Source: the human T2T-CHM13v2.0 reference genome, Homo sapiens
Direction: 5' to 3' (one strand)
Length of the DNA: 64,000 nt
Assembly (NCBI RefSeq): GCF_009914755.1
Contig: NC_060937.1
Part shown: one piece after another, positions 29,781 through 43,805 of the stretch
Layout of the letters: every line of letters begins with the position of its first letter
How positions within the stretch are numbered: position 1 is the first letter of the stretch
The notes under the pieces: generated by a model
The model's input: the letters and a program-made list of their open reading frames with translations, nothing else
Databases searched by the model: none
What the model was told of the DNA's origin: nothing
Program-made: the position numbers and the translations under genes

Positions 29781-31510
29781 ATAAGGGAAAAACGACAAGT
29801 TCAAATCCATCTTTGGAGTCCTGAGAAATCCTTTGGATTTAATGGATTTTATTGATACCTCTATTTTACTTGTGTAACCCTGGGTCTCTGTTTTATCTCT
29901 CTTTGCATCCCCTGTTCCTGGAACATTGCTTGGCACGTGGTGATCTCAACAACAACGTCAACCACCACCACAACAAAGGTTGTTGAATTTGATTTTCTTA
30001 ACTTTTAGGTCTTAGCATAGCTGTCCCCTCTTTGGAAGCCTTTCCTGACCATTTTATGATCAAACTTCACTAAACTCTGACCAGAATGTATGTCCACATA
30101 ATATTTTGTGATTATTTTTTATTCCTTGCTTGACTTGCCCCTTCACTAGACTGTAAATTCCATAAGAGCAAGGACCTTGTCTTTCTTTCCAGAAACTGAT
30201 TCCCAGCACCTAGAGCAGTGTTTGATACACAGTAGATGCTCAAGGAATCACACATCATTTGCCAAGAAAGCTAGTGCCATCAGTGGAAATTATCAATCCT
30301 AGAAGAGTCTGTCCTGCATCATCTGGAGAGCTTAAATATTTCAACTCACAACTCCAGGACCTTTGTCTCCACTCCACTTCACCCATCTACTCCCAGGGAC
30401 ACACGCTGGGCCAAGTCACTATCACTGTGCTTCCAGAATCTTGAACCTTTATCTCAGTTTCTATATGGACCTTGTATCCTTTTAGCATTCCTCATCTTGT
30501 CTCATGATCTTTGTTTGCTTTTCCTTTACTTAATCAGTCCTTTTTCTTGACATCATGCCTTCAGTTAAGTTCCATGAACCAGACTTTCAAAACCTTCTCA
30601 GTACACACACACATGTACACACAGAGCTATTTTATTTCTTAGTTATTCCATGCCTATCTGGCAAAACCCCTCTATCTAGTCTTATATGCAGGCCACCACA
30701 CACTGTCAATGAAGTTCCAGAACTGCACAGACTGATGACATGATGCCAATGGGGTGAGAATTATCAGCAAAATCTTTGCCATGTCTCTAGCAGGGTCTGG
30801 TTCCTGTTTTCCAGAAACAGTCACAGTGGTTAGCTTAAATCTTCATCACTGTCCTCAAGGCCCTGGTACACTTTCTTCCTCTTACCCTCAACACCAATAC
30901 TTGTCAGATACTCATAGAAGAAATAGAGGAACTGGCAGTTCCTTAAATGCACCACACTCTCTGCCTCAGTGCCTTTGCACGTGTTCTTCTGCCTGGAGCA
31001 CACTGACTCTTCTTTTCTAAAGTTACACCTAAGCCCCACAAAGTAACAGTTTTATTCCTACATTGGATTGAAACCCTCCTGAGGGTAGGAAGTGGATTTT
31101 TAATGTCTGCATCCCTAGTAGTGAATGCAGTGCTCAGAACATAGTAAATGCTCAATATATATTTACTGAGTGAATTAAGCATTGAAAACTGGGGCTGCAG
31201 AGTGGGCTAGAGAAGCTAGATATGCCTATGCGTTACCCTTCCAAATGTTGAAATATTTAGCATTAATCCATTAAAAAGATAGAAAATGTACATACAAACA
31301 CTTAACTATTAAGTCACAGTTGATTAAATCGCCATGAATGACAGGAAATTTCATAATAGCCATGCATTATGGGTGAATGTGATGAACAACGTTTTGGAAT
31401 ATTTGATCAAGCTGATTAATTTAAAACATTACTTAAGGTTCCCCCCCACCCCCAAATCTACAGTTTACACTTGATAAAACTAATGCTATCATAGATTAAC
31501 CCCTTCCCTC

Positions 31511-31645
31511 AGCCAGGCACAGTGACTCAAGCCTGTAATCATAGCATTTTGGGAGGCCAAGCCAAAAGGATTGCTTGAGGCCAAGAGTTCGAGACCAACC
31601 TAAGCAACATCATGAGGCTCCTTCTCAACAAAAAATAAAATTTAA
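31511..31645 (+). mobile_element. FLAM / Alu left monomer
   Basis: Single diverged monomer with an A-rich tail. Confidence 0.85.
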
Positions 31646-31934
31646 AAACATAATAAAATCTTTACTCCACTCAAACCAGAGTGGGAGTTTGGAGTGTTCT
31701 TTGTGAAAACATAAATGCACAGTCATCAGTATTTTAAAAATATAATAAAAATGAAATGGGTTACTCTTAATATTTAAGAGTTTATCATGAATTTAACGTG
31801 CAAGTTTGTTGTGTGTCTGAATGGGAAAACAATATTTTTTTAAATGTCCCATCTAGGGGAAAAATACGACTTCCTCGTGGGCAAGGTGTGTGTGGTTTTA
31901 AAGGAGAATAGAATAACGATTAAGAAAAAGAGGA

Positions 31935-32397
<463 letters not shown>

Positions 32398-35300
32398 TCA
32401 AATCAGCTGGGCACCTTCCACACTGATGTGAGATGACCACAAAATGAAGGGACTGAGGCTCACCTGAGCCTCAAGCAGTAAAGGTCCTGGGTTCCTAGGA
32501 GATGAGGGTAAGAAAGGGATGCTGAAGGGAATGGGGGAGTCTGTGGGGAAGGGTGGGAAGAGGTGGACCAAACAAACATCCACAGCTTTGAGGCTCCTAA
32601 TAGAGAAATCTAGAAAGTAACAGGAATTGGGAACAGGAGGTGCTGGAAGATTTTTCTAGAGCCTTTAATCGAGCAAAGGGAACTAGGCAAAATAAAGGTA
32701 TGCTTCTCATGTGCATCAACAGTACACAGCTGGTGCCTCTGCATTCACTGCACAGTTATAAGGTTAAACTGTGTATCTGAACACCTCTGTACGCTGGACG
32801 GCGACAGTCGGGGCTGGAGAAGGGAGCCCTGCCAGGGAAGGTAAGGCGGGTAGCAAGACTTGAGATTTCCCTCCTTGACCCTTAGGTAGTAGCAGCCAAG
32901 AGTGAACACAAGATTATCTAGAAGATAAAATGCCACGATTTCATCAAAGGGCTTTGTGGATGAATAGTGGGAGAGTTAAATACTAAATACAATTCTTCAG
33001 GTTTTAATACCTTGAAGAATAAATCATGCTCACTGTAACCCTCACCCATGAACTATAAATTCATTGCAGGTTAGGTGTTGGACCAGTAAAACATTTTGCT
33101 CGGATTGTCTTCTCTCTACTCAGCATGGCTTTCTTGGTACAATTATAAAACATAGTAGTTTTCACTTGAGCCATTAATTGCTGCTGCTCACAAATCCCTT
33201 TCTGTTCTTTTCCTAATTTCTTTTCAAGGCTTTTCTTTTATTTTTTGTGCCACCCTCATGTTTTTAAATATGTTTATTAAGGTATTATTAGCATACCAAA
33301 AATACATCCATTGATAGTTTTCTTTTTAAAATTTTAGGCAATTGTTTTCTTAATAATGCCAGTTAGAGACTTTTATCACTAAAAGTGATATATATATATC
33401 ACTTTTGATATATGTATTAAAAATTATATAGAATTTTTTTCTAGGTATAGTATCATAGATACAGAATGGCTTATACTTGCTTAGTATGTCAATGAATGTA
33501 TCACTTATATGTATATATTACTGGACTACTATTGTCAAAAATGCTTGCAAATAATACTTCTTGCCATTCTATTAAGAAAGCTTAAGAAAGACAGGATCAA
33601 GGATAGAACTCTGTCACAGACCCTGGAGGGATTTAATAAATATTTCTGAGGCTGATAGCCAGTATGTTTGTTTTTAGATAACTGAAGTTCCCTGTAAGCT
33701 GGACACCGTAAATTTTCAGAGCGAGGTTATCTCCAAAACTTTCACTTTATTATTCTAAAAAAGATTATTTAGAAATAACTTCATCTTCCTGTTTCTAACC
33801 TTAGTTCTTTTATTATTTCTAATAAGGCCATAAAAACTTAATCGGGTACCTGCTTTGGATTTTAGATTTTTTATTTTCCCTTTTAAATTTTCTGAACACC
33901 TGCCTAACCAACTAACCAAGCTTTGCTTCCTTCCCTACCATGCATTCCTGCCATGTGATTCTGGGAAGTTTCCCCCTTAGTTCACTAAGCTCTTTAAACA
34001 CCTGCAGCTCAGTAACAACGATAGTATTGTCCGGCTATTTTACTTAGCAATGAGTTGATTTACCTGTCAAGATAAACTTCACTATACATATTATTGGACC
34101 TCTGGATTAATGCCTTATAAAACAGCACGTTTGTACAGTCCTACGAGTTTCATAAACATCAAACACTGATTTCATGTGATAGGCCGGATATTATATCAAC
34201 ATTTAGTGAAAGGAGCTTATTGCTGGGGGTTCAAAGATGAACTCTTATGAAAGCTAACCTTTTGGATTCAAGCTAAAAGTTTATTTTCTATGAGGGATTT
34301 TGAGTCATATGACAGGAGGTTACCCATGGCCTGTGAGAGAATACCACTTAAGTATCTGGTAGTCTAAGTCTGCCTTAAAAATACATTAAAATCAGTATAT
34401 AGCCAAGTGATTAATGGCAGCATTAACAGCATGCACATTCACGATCTTTCTGCCGCTATGGAGATAATATATCAAAAACAAGGGAAAAGCATATTTTTTA
34501 TCAGGTCAGAGATGAGCTTTATCATGGTTCAAATGACTTAATTTTTGACTACTTTTCTTTTACAAAATGTATGTTAGACATAAAAAAAGAATGTTTCCAG
34601 CTGTTTCCAGATCTTCTTTCAATTTATTTCTAATAAAGCACACATTTGGGTAAAAACTTCAAGCTGAGTTTTGAAAGCTGCAGACAGTTCTCTGCCTTAA
34701 ACAGTTAATCAATGACACATACAAGCTGGCTTCAATTAAATTCAGTCTGTGATATCTGCGATTCAGTTAACTGCAGTAAGGAGAAAAAAGATTAAAACTA
34801 TCACTTCCCAAAGGTGAGTAGCTCTCAAAAAAAAAGAAGGACAAAAAAATTTTTAGATAGTAAAAACAACAATAAAACATACCTCATGTATTAGAACCCC
34901 CAGCAGTAAGCTCCTTATGGTTTCATAGCCATTTGTTTAATTCTTGAGTGTCTCAGTGATAGATTTGCATTAAGCCGGTCTGTTTCTGCTTTCATCCTCA
35001 TCAGAAAAGCATCCCAAAGTAAGATGGCATCAGGCTGCCTATCTAGCATGCCTTTATCTTATTATATAATGTAAATCAATTAGAGGCAATTTTGGGGAAA
35101 ACTCAGTTCTCACTGAAAGTATTTTTTTCCTGCCTGTATCCAATATTGTAGTGGAGTGTGATAAGGATTTCAAATTGAACTACATTTAAGAAAGTGTGTT
35201 GTTTTAGGTGAATTTAAGGATTTAGTAATCTCTCACAATTAGTGCATATTAATTTACATCTGTCATGGCCAGATATGTGGCCATTTGGAAAAAGTGTTCC

Positions 35301-35856
35301 AAAGGCCCAGTAACTATAAGAACTCTCCCCAGCTTCCCGATAATGTGGTTTGGGGTTTCCTTCCTCTTTCTCTTTCTTATTACTGCTGTTTGATACTGCT
35401 TGTACCCCAGTCTCTCCCCCTTACTTCAAACACTTCTTATCTCAGGGGAGTAAACCCCATGACTCATATCTGCCTCCACTTCCTCCTTAAAGCCCCCACC
35501 AACTCTTTGCAATGTGTCCCGAGCTAGGTCACATCTAACCAGCCTCCCTCCTCGATCCTGGCCCAGTGCCTGTAACATAGAAAAGCTCTTTCAGTGAAAT
35601 GGTACTCCTGAGAATCGTAGATAGATCTATGCCGGCTCTCTTTATACTCAAATGTCATAATTAACATTCACTCACTCAACAAATATTTGTTGGGTACCTT
35701 CTATGTACCAGACACTGTGTTGGGCACATAGTATAAAGGCATTATATGCATGCAGCTCTGTCACTCACTATGGGCTTTCAAAAATTAAGAAAAATAATGA
35801 GTGACTAGGATGGAACAATTTATCCCTGTTTCCTCCTTTCTGTTTTTAGCAAGAAA

Positions 35857-35892
35857 CAGCAGCAGCAGCAGCAGCAGCACCACCACCACCAC
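35857..35892 (+). repeat. Compound trinucleotide microsatellite (CAG)7(CAC)5
   Basis: Counted directly. Confidence 0.95.
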
Positions 35893-36332
35893 CTTTGAAA
35901 ACATCAAGTTCAGGAAACATTTACTGGACATCTACTATATCCTGGGCTCTGTGCTTGGTGCTGGAGATAGCAACATAGGAACAAAAGGGCCTGCGCTGTG
36001 AAGGGTCTTAAATAAGAATGTAGACAAGGATAGCTTTGAGAATGAGAGTCTGGACAGAAACAAGGTGGTGGCTGCGGATATGAGGCAGGCCAACTAACCC
36101 TCCTCCGAGCAGCACTCGGAGGAGCCGGCCCACCATTTGGTGTGTCTCCCATGGGGTTAGGCAGGCAGGAGTTTCCGGCCTCCAGGAAACTCTTCTGGAA
36201 GGCCCTTCCTATATTCCTTGTTAGAGATTCCAGCACAACACATTTATATCCCCTACTGGCATCTCTGACCAAGACCATGGAAGCCACCAGTAGCTTGGAG
36301 CCCAGGTGAGCTGCAGACTTGGGAAGTGAGTG

Positions 36333-36465
36333 GGGCTACCAGATTTAGCAAATAGACACACAGGGTGCCTAGTTCAATTCGAATTTCAACTAAACAAACA
36401 AATAATTTTTCCCTATATGTCCCATAAAATGCATTGGTGTCTGTATTGTTCTGCATTTTATCCCA
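36333..36465. mobile_element. MER53-like hAT MITE with most of the right arm deleted
   Basis: CCAGATTTAGCAAATA...AATTCGAATTTCA...TATGTCCCA matches the recalled MER53 left arm. Confidence 0.65.
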
Positions 36466-37891
36466 CCACTCTACAAGTGGGGTAACATCTTTACTTCTGT
36501 TTAGCTTCATCAGGCATCCTAGACCAATTCAGAAGTAGCCTCCTCCCACCCTTGTCAGCCTCTGAAAGCATTGAGACATTTGGCAGGTGCCTCTGTTGCT
36601 TCGTTTTTCTGCTGACACAGATGAAATCTTACCTGCTCCTCGATCTCCACTGCCAAATTAAATTTGGCCTTTTGCAGTGAAAATGCATACCACTCTTGCT
36701 GAGCTTTTCTCCCTTCAAATACCTTGAAAAATCACCATCTTTATTCCATTTCAGTGCACTTGACGTTAGTTACCAAAAAAATAATGCCCACTTCAAAAAA
36801 GCTTACATTTAAGTTAAGAACGTTTTCTAATGGATCCTTATTTGTCTGTCCTGAGCAAAGTTAATGGTGTGGAAACAGATCTAGTAGTTCAAGGCAAATG
36901 GAAATCAACTTGAGAACATATTTTTCTTCTAATCAAATGTCACTTGTTTTAGGCTTGTACAAAGGATCTGAAAGCTCACTTTCTACTTGTTTAAAAATGT
37001 GTATATATGTTCATACATGCACATATAAGTGCATTACATATATTTTTTACATACAGTTTTTTTTTTGAAGGCAGTTGGAAGAAATTTCCCTTGCTTTGAG
37101 AGTTACTTATCATTAATGGAATAGAAAATCACCGGGCTTGGCTCACAGTTGCCCCTCAGTAAACATCTGTTAAGTGATTCAAGAAATATCGATCAGTTCA
37201 TAAGCTTTTAATTGTTTAACTTTAATTTCTCCAGATGTTTCTAGTGTTACATTCAAAAGATAAATTATCATGATAGCTTAAAATATTAGAAATAACTGGA
37301 AGCTACATGATAAAGTACATAAGCTTATTGTTCATGGCCTTTATCCTAGATGTTTTCCAGTTGAGCTCTGCTATTTGCCAGAACAATTTATAGCTTCTCT
37401 GGTGTTTCTGCTTTCTCATCTGTAAAATGGGGACAATAATTTTCCCTGCCTCATAGGACTGTTGCAAAGATTAAATAAGATCATATTTATAAAGTACTTA
37501 GAACAGGGCCTGGCACATATAACCATCAATCACTGGGAGCTTTTTAAACTGAATCTATTGTAAACAGCTATACTAACCACCTTTGATCCTTCTAGAATCA
37601 AATAAATGATTTGATCCTCCCAGAATCAAATGAATTCCTAGAATGAGTTAATTTTGATATTTATGGGCCACTTTTGCTGAATTTCCATACATCTCTCACT
37701 CTCAGCAGGGTCTGGAGAATAGGGAACAATGGTTTTCACGGTACAATTAGCTTCAGAAGAAGAAATACACGTACAACACTGCTAATACCATTTAAAAAAT
37801 ATTCTAGGATTTATTTGGTGCTTGGTTATAATTTAATCAGTATCCTGGTATTTTGCAGCATTCTTATGTAAAACAAAATTGTATTTTCTGA

Positions 37892-38249
<358 letters not shown>

Positions 38250-40829
38250 ACTTTGACATATTTTCTTTAAGTATAGAAATAATAATTTCAAAGAAATAGT
38301 TAGTTTCGTCTAAAAATCTGTCTCACAATCAAGATCAATTCACTTCATCTCTAAATAAACAGGCATGAATTATGCTCACAGAAATTTTACATGGGCTCCT
38401 CCTCAATAAAAGAAAGGATTTCGTTATCTTTCCTCCTTCAATGTCAATGCTTCTACCATCTGAGCAAAGAGATACTCTGAAATGCTATCCAAGTCTTGTC
38501 TACTCTCACCCTTACTAACATCTGAAAGTATGCTCTAGAAGAGGTCAGCACTTGTTTTTTCTTCCCATATCTGCTCTGGTTAAACATCTGTTAGACACTA
38601 TGTCCTTTCTGAAAAACCACTGAGAAAGTGGACCCTCTTTGGGTCTGCGTGTGAAGTTGTCAACCACTATGAATTTTAGACTGATGCCATTAAGGATTTC
38701 ATACTAGACAGCATTTTGTCACCTTACCAAAAATATTTGCTATTTTAAGCATTGTTTTTTCATGGTGAAGGTTAAGAAAAATTTCAACATATAATAAAGA
38801 AACAATCTTTTAATTTCATCTTTGCACAGGGTTTCTCTAATTAAAAAGGCAAGAATTGATTAATATGCTGCTTCTGAAAAGGACTCACTGAAGGAAGGTG
38901 ATGCGCAATAGTAAAAACGACACTGCACGGAGTTCCCTCCTGCTCCCTGAGTTCTCATCCTTGCTCTGCCATTGATGAGCTAGAGAATGTTCGGTTGGTC
39001 CCTTGAACTCACCAGCTCTCATTTGCTTTCCATTTGTAAAGTGAGAAATAAAACGGAGACCCTCTGAGGTCTCTTTTCTAAAGTTATATAATTACAGGTA
39101 CACGTTTTATACCTAATGCATGAACTCCTCATTTTTCAATTCAAGGTTTTTATACAATACCATATTTCTTCTATTTCAGAACTGAAATTAGGAAAATGTC
39201 ATCATGAAATTTATTTCTGTTTGAATTCCAATTAAAGCTCAGACAAAGAAACTTGAAAGAATTGATTGCATCTCAGAAATACCTGCCACATTTTCGACTT
39301 ACCAAGCAACCAATCAGAAAGAAGTGTGAGGGCCTATGGATTCCCCACTCTGAATCTCTGTTCATGTGTAACCCCTTTTAATGTAAGCAATCAGACAAAT
39401 CACTTCAAAACAAAGGTTAGTGAATGAGTCTACAAAAGCCAGAAAAAAGTTTAAAGTATTAGACATAAGCAGTCGGGGAATATATGTAACCTCCATATAT
39501 CTGAAAGGGCACAAAAAGTTCATTCCAAATGGATCATTCATCATAAAGTCAGGGGTCGAGTAAATAGGGAGTCATAATGAAGGGCTAAGTATGACCCTGG
39601 CTAATGTCCTCACACATACCCTTTGAATACACCTACATATGTGCATGAATGCACCATTATTAGCTCTCATTTATGTTAATCCAGTGAAGATGTTGTCATT
39701 GAACTACAGTTACTCAGTAGTAATGTTTTGTACCAAAAAATACTAAGTGATCGACTCATGTCTTTGAAGTTGTTTCATAATTCAGAATGAAAATGACCCC
39801 AGGAAAGCAATCTCGTATGCCTTCTGAATGACTTTCTCTTGTCTGACCTTTCATTGGAAAAAAATCAACTAACCCTTTGTTGGGATGCTGTGCTAATTAT
39901 TCAAAGAGGTTTTATGTAATCCTTTCAAATATGAACCAACCGAATTCCCATTAAACTATTCCACAGAAGGCACATGGTTATAGCCATAGACAACCAATGT
40001 GACTCTGTGGCCTAATGATAGTTTGTGGTAGAAAGTTCTTGAGCTGAAAATAAATCACAAAGCAAAAAGGCCAGAGGGTGAGAAAGTAAAACCGAGACAG
40101 GATTGTTATGGCTATTATTAGTAGTTTTCTTGGCCTATAAATTAGCCAAATAATACAATTCAGAAAAAATAAATAACTTACTATCCTTTTGTTTTTATTA
40201 CCCCACAAATGTCCACTAGCTTTTCTCATTTGCTACTGCCATATCAATGATGAATTTGATTACATTAAGACCAACAGGGGTCATGCTTCAGGGTACAGTC
40301 TGAATTTTTATAAACATCCTTACTTCTCTGAAAGTTTATTTCTTTCAGAGCTACTTTCTATTTTTCAGTTGACTTTTATTATGCTACAAGCCCTAACAAA
40401 ACAGGAATTTAAATGTTCCTCCAACTGTACTACAAATAATTTCTAATCTCTTTCTTGCCATATGCTAGCAAGTAATATTCAGAGCCTCCCTGTGTAAGTG
40501 TTAAGATTTTAAATCTAAGGACAATGATGGGGCATTGTCAGTCTATGTTTTGAAGCTTCCTTTGTGCACCCCAAACAGAGCTCAAGCCTGAAATTGTTCA
40601 CAATTATATTTGGCATTCCCCGATCTCATTGGATTTGACCAAAATAATTTTAAAGCAAAGTTAATTTACATTTAGTCAGGTTTCATCATAAATTTAAGCA
40701 CAGTGATAAATCATTAACTAAGCATCGTTTAACAACTCAAATTAAAAAATATAAATATTGATTAGATACCATTTGAAAGCACTATAGTTAAGTTCATTTG
40801 TTCTTTGAACAGTTCCTATAAGAAAGGAC

Positions 40830-41792
40830 ACTGCAGAGAAAAAACGCCAATATGGTAGGAAATATTTGCAAGTTACATATCTAATAAGGGTTAATATTCA
40901 GCACATATAAAGAATTCCTAAAACTCAACAACAGCAAGCAACCCAATTAAAAAATGGGCAAAGAATTTGAATAGATATTTCTGCCAATAAGATATACAAA
41001 TGGCCAATGAAAAGATGCTCAATATCTTCAATCAGTAGGGAAATATGATTCAAAACTACAGTGAAATACCATCTCAGACCTATACCATTAGGACACTATT
41101 AAAAAAAAAACATAGAAAATAAGTGTTGGTGAGAATGTAGAGAAATTGGAATCTTCACACTGCTGGCAGGAATGTAGAATGGCAAAGCCACTGTGGAAAA
41201 CAGTATAAAGGTTGCTCAAATAATTAAAAATGAATTGCCATATGATCCAGCAATTCCACTTCTGAATATATACCCCACATAATTGAAATCAGGGATTCAA
41301 ACAGATATTTACACACATATCCATAACTGCATTATGCACAAGAACCAAAATGTGGAAGAAACCCAAATGTCCATCAATAGATGAATGATTAAGCAAAATG
41401 TGGTATATACCTACAGTAAAATATTATTCAACCTTTAAAAGGAAGGAAATTCTGGTGCATGTTACAACATTGATAAACCTTGAAGACATTATACTAAGTG
41501 AAATAAGCTAGTCATAAAAGGAAAATAATACATGATTCCACTTGTATGAGGTACTTAGAGTTGTCAAATTCATACAGACAAAAAGTAGAAATGGTGGTTT
41601 CCAGGGGCTGGGGAATGGGAATTTGATGTTTAATGAGTACAAGTTTTAGTCTGGGATAATGAAAAAGTTCTGGAGATGGATAGTGGTGATGGTTACATAA
41701 CAATATAAATGTGCTTAATGCCAAAGAACTATATACTTAAAATGGTTAAAATGGTAAATTTTATGTTACGTATATTTTATCACAATAAAAAA
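40830..41792 (+). mobile_element. L1M (L1MB-like) 3' fragment
   Basis: L1 ORF2 end / 3'UTR motifs: CCCAATTAAAAAATGGGCAAAG, ATATGATCCAGCAATTCCACT, AAATGTCCATCAATAGATGAATG, and terminal ATATTTTATCACAATAAAAA. Confidence 0.9.
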
Positions 41793-42141
41793 TGTAACTA
41801 CCCATATTGTGCTAACAATGTAAGGAGGAGATGAGTGTGTGTATAAAATTAGTACTAGAATATCTGTAATTCAAGGTAAGAGAGATAGCGGCAAGCCACT
41901 AGAAATTAAATACTATGGTGTTCAGGGGATGCAAAGATAATATTCAGGGGTTACAGGAAATTTTTCATGGAGTATATAGTTGCTGGAGTTCATCTTTGGA
42001 AGATTAATGCAATTTTACTGAATAGAGATGGTGGGGGCAGGTATCCTACAAAAAGTGACCCATACAAACAAAGCATGGAAGCTAAAATCTTGGGGGTGAT
42101 TTTAGAGCTGTGATTTCTCCTTGTTAGGCTACAGTGTAGAG

Positions 42142-42290
42142 CAGTGTTTGTCAAACTTTAGTCTTTATACAGATCACTGGGGAATCTTGCTAAATTGTAG
42201 ACTCTGATTCTATAGATTCTAATATACAATCCAAAATTCTTTATTGCTAATAGGCCCCCTATTAGAAATGGTGATGCCAATTCCACTCTT
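42142..42290. mobile_element. MER5-like hAT-Charlie fragment
   Basis: CAGTGTTTGTCAAACTT...ATCACTGGGGAATCTTGCTAAA...AGACTCTGATTC. Confidence 0.6.
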
Positions 42291-42769
42291 AGTACTCATG
42301 TCTTGAGAATCCATACCTACAAATTAGACTGGCCCAAGATTGAAGGTTTTAAAGGCTGCAAGTTTGTATGAATTTCAGAATTAGTGAAGAACCAGTGAAA
42401 CTCTTCCGGGTAGAGAAATTATATTACTCATGCTATCCCTTAGGAAGATTGATCCAGCAGCCATGTGTAGGTGGCAATAGAATGGGCAGAGACAGACACT
42501 GGGGAGACTGGTTAGGCTCAGGGGACCAGTCAAGAGGCTGTTAATAGAAACCAATCCAGATGTGCCGAAGCCTGAAGAGGCAAGTAGGGGTGAGAATGCA
42601 AAGGGAAGACTAAGTGAGGGGACAGTGCAAAGGCAGATGTGTGTCTTGGCAGCTGACAATGCAAGGGAATAGATGAGGAGGAAAAGTAAAAAATGCTAAT
42701 GATTAGGGTAAACATTCAATCAGGTTAAGTTTATGCCTGTCATCCCAGCATAATTATTTATAGTGCCCC

Positions 42770-43169
42770 TTTATTAGTCCATTCTCACCCTGCTAATAAA
42801 ATCATACCTGAGACTGGGTAGTTTATAAAGGCAAGAGGTTCAATTGACTCACAGTTCAACAGGGCTGGGGGAGGCCTCAGGAAACTTAGAATCATGGCAG
42901 AAGGGGAAGTAAACACATCCTTCTTCACATGGCAGCAGCAAGGAGAAGTGCTGAGCAAAGAGCAGGAAAAGCCCCTTATAAAACCATCAGATTTCGTGAG
43001 AACTCACTATCATGAAAACAGCATGGAGGTAACCACTCCCATGAGTCAATTACCTCCCACTGGATCTCTCCCATGACATGTGGAGATTGTGGGAACTACA
43101 ATTCAAAATGAATTCCCCAGTCTCAGGTATGTTTTTATTAGCAGGGAGGGGACACAGCCAACCATATCA
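42770..43169 (-). mobile_element. THE1D-like MaLR solo LTR
   Basis: TATTAGTCCATTCTCAC...ACACAGCCAACCATATCA with a perfect 5-bp TSD GCCCC (42765-42769 and 43170-43174). Confidence 0.9.
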
Positions 43170-43207
43170 GCCCCCTTTCACACCAAAAAATGCCCTGGTT
43201 TGGCTGA

Positions 43208-43477
43208 TTAAGTAATATGACTGGTTTTGACCACATTACTTTACATACTTAATATTAAGTAATATGGTCAAAACATACTTGACCATACTTTACTGGTTTT
43301 GACCACATTACTTAATGTACTTAATATTAAGTAATATGGTCAAACCATACTTAAGTAATAGAAAAGAAATATGGTTTGACCATATTACTTAAGTATGGTT
43401 TGACCATATTACTTAAACCATATTACTTAATATGGTTTTGACCATATTACTTAATGTAAGCTTAATGTGTAAAGCTA
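43208..43477. repeat. Complex direct and inverted repeat cluster built from TTAAGTAATATGGTCA
   Basis: The motif occurs about 10 times in both orientations and includes a perfect 34-bp inverted repeat (43327-43360 and 43383-43416). Confidence 0.93.
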
Positions 43478-43805
43478 CACCCTAGCTTTAAGCACAGGTG
43501 ACAAACAGGACATAAAGATGAGTTAGGCTGGTTTGTAGTGGGTAGAGATGAAGTGATAGTCATTCATTCATTCATTCAGTATTTTGCAAATGTCAATTAT
43601 ATGCCAGGTACTGTTCTAAAGTGCTGAGGATACCTAAGTTTAAATAAAAATGACAACAACAAAAAGCCTTGTCCTCCTGTAGTTTATGACTTAGTGGGTA
43701 CTTACGCATTCTAGAAGTGGGGTGGAGGAGGAAATGGGAAGGCAGCAGGTTGAAGGTGCAAGAATTACAGCTGGGGCAGTGTCAAGCACAGAATCAAGAA
43801 TGAAG

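Larger units (their letters stand above)
42704..43485. mobile_element. MER94-like hAT-Blackjack MITE, interrupted by THE1D and by a complex inverted-repeat expansion
   Basis: TAGGGT...GTTTATGCCTGTCATCCCAGCATAATTATTTATAGTGCCCC [LTR] CCCTTTCAC...CTGGTTTGGCTGATTAAGTAATATG [expansion] CACCCTA matches the recalled MER94 consensus. Confidence 0.75.
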
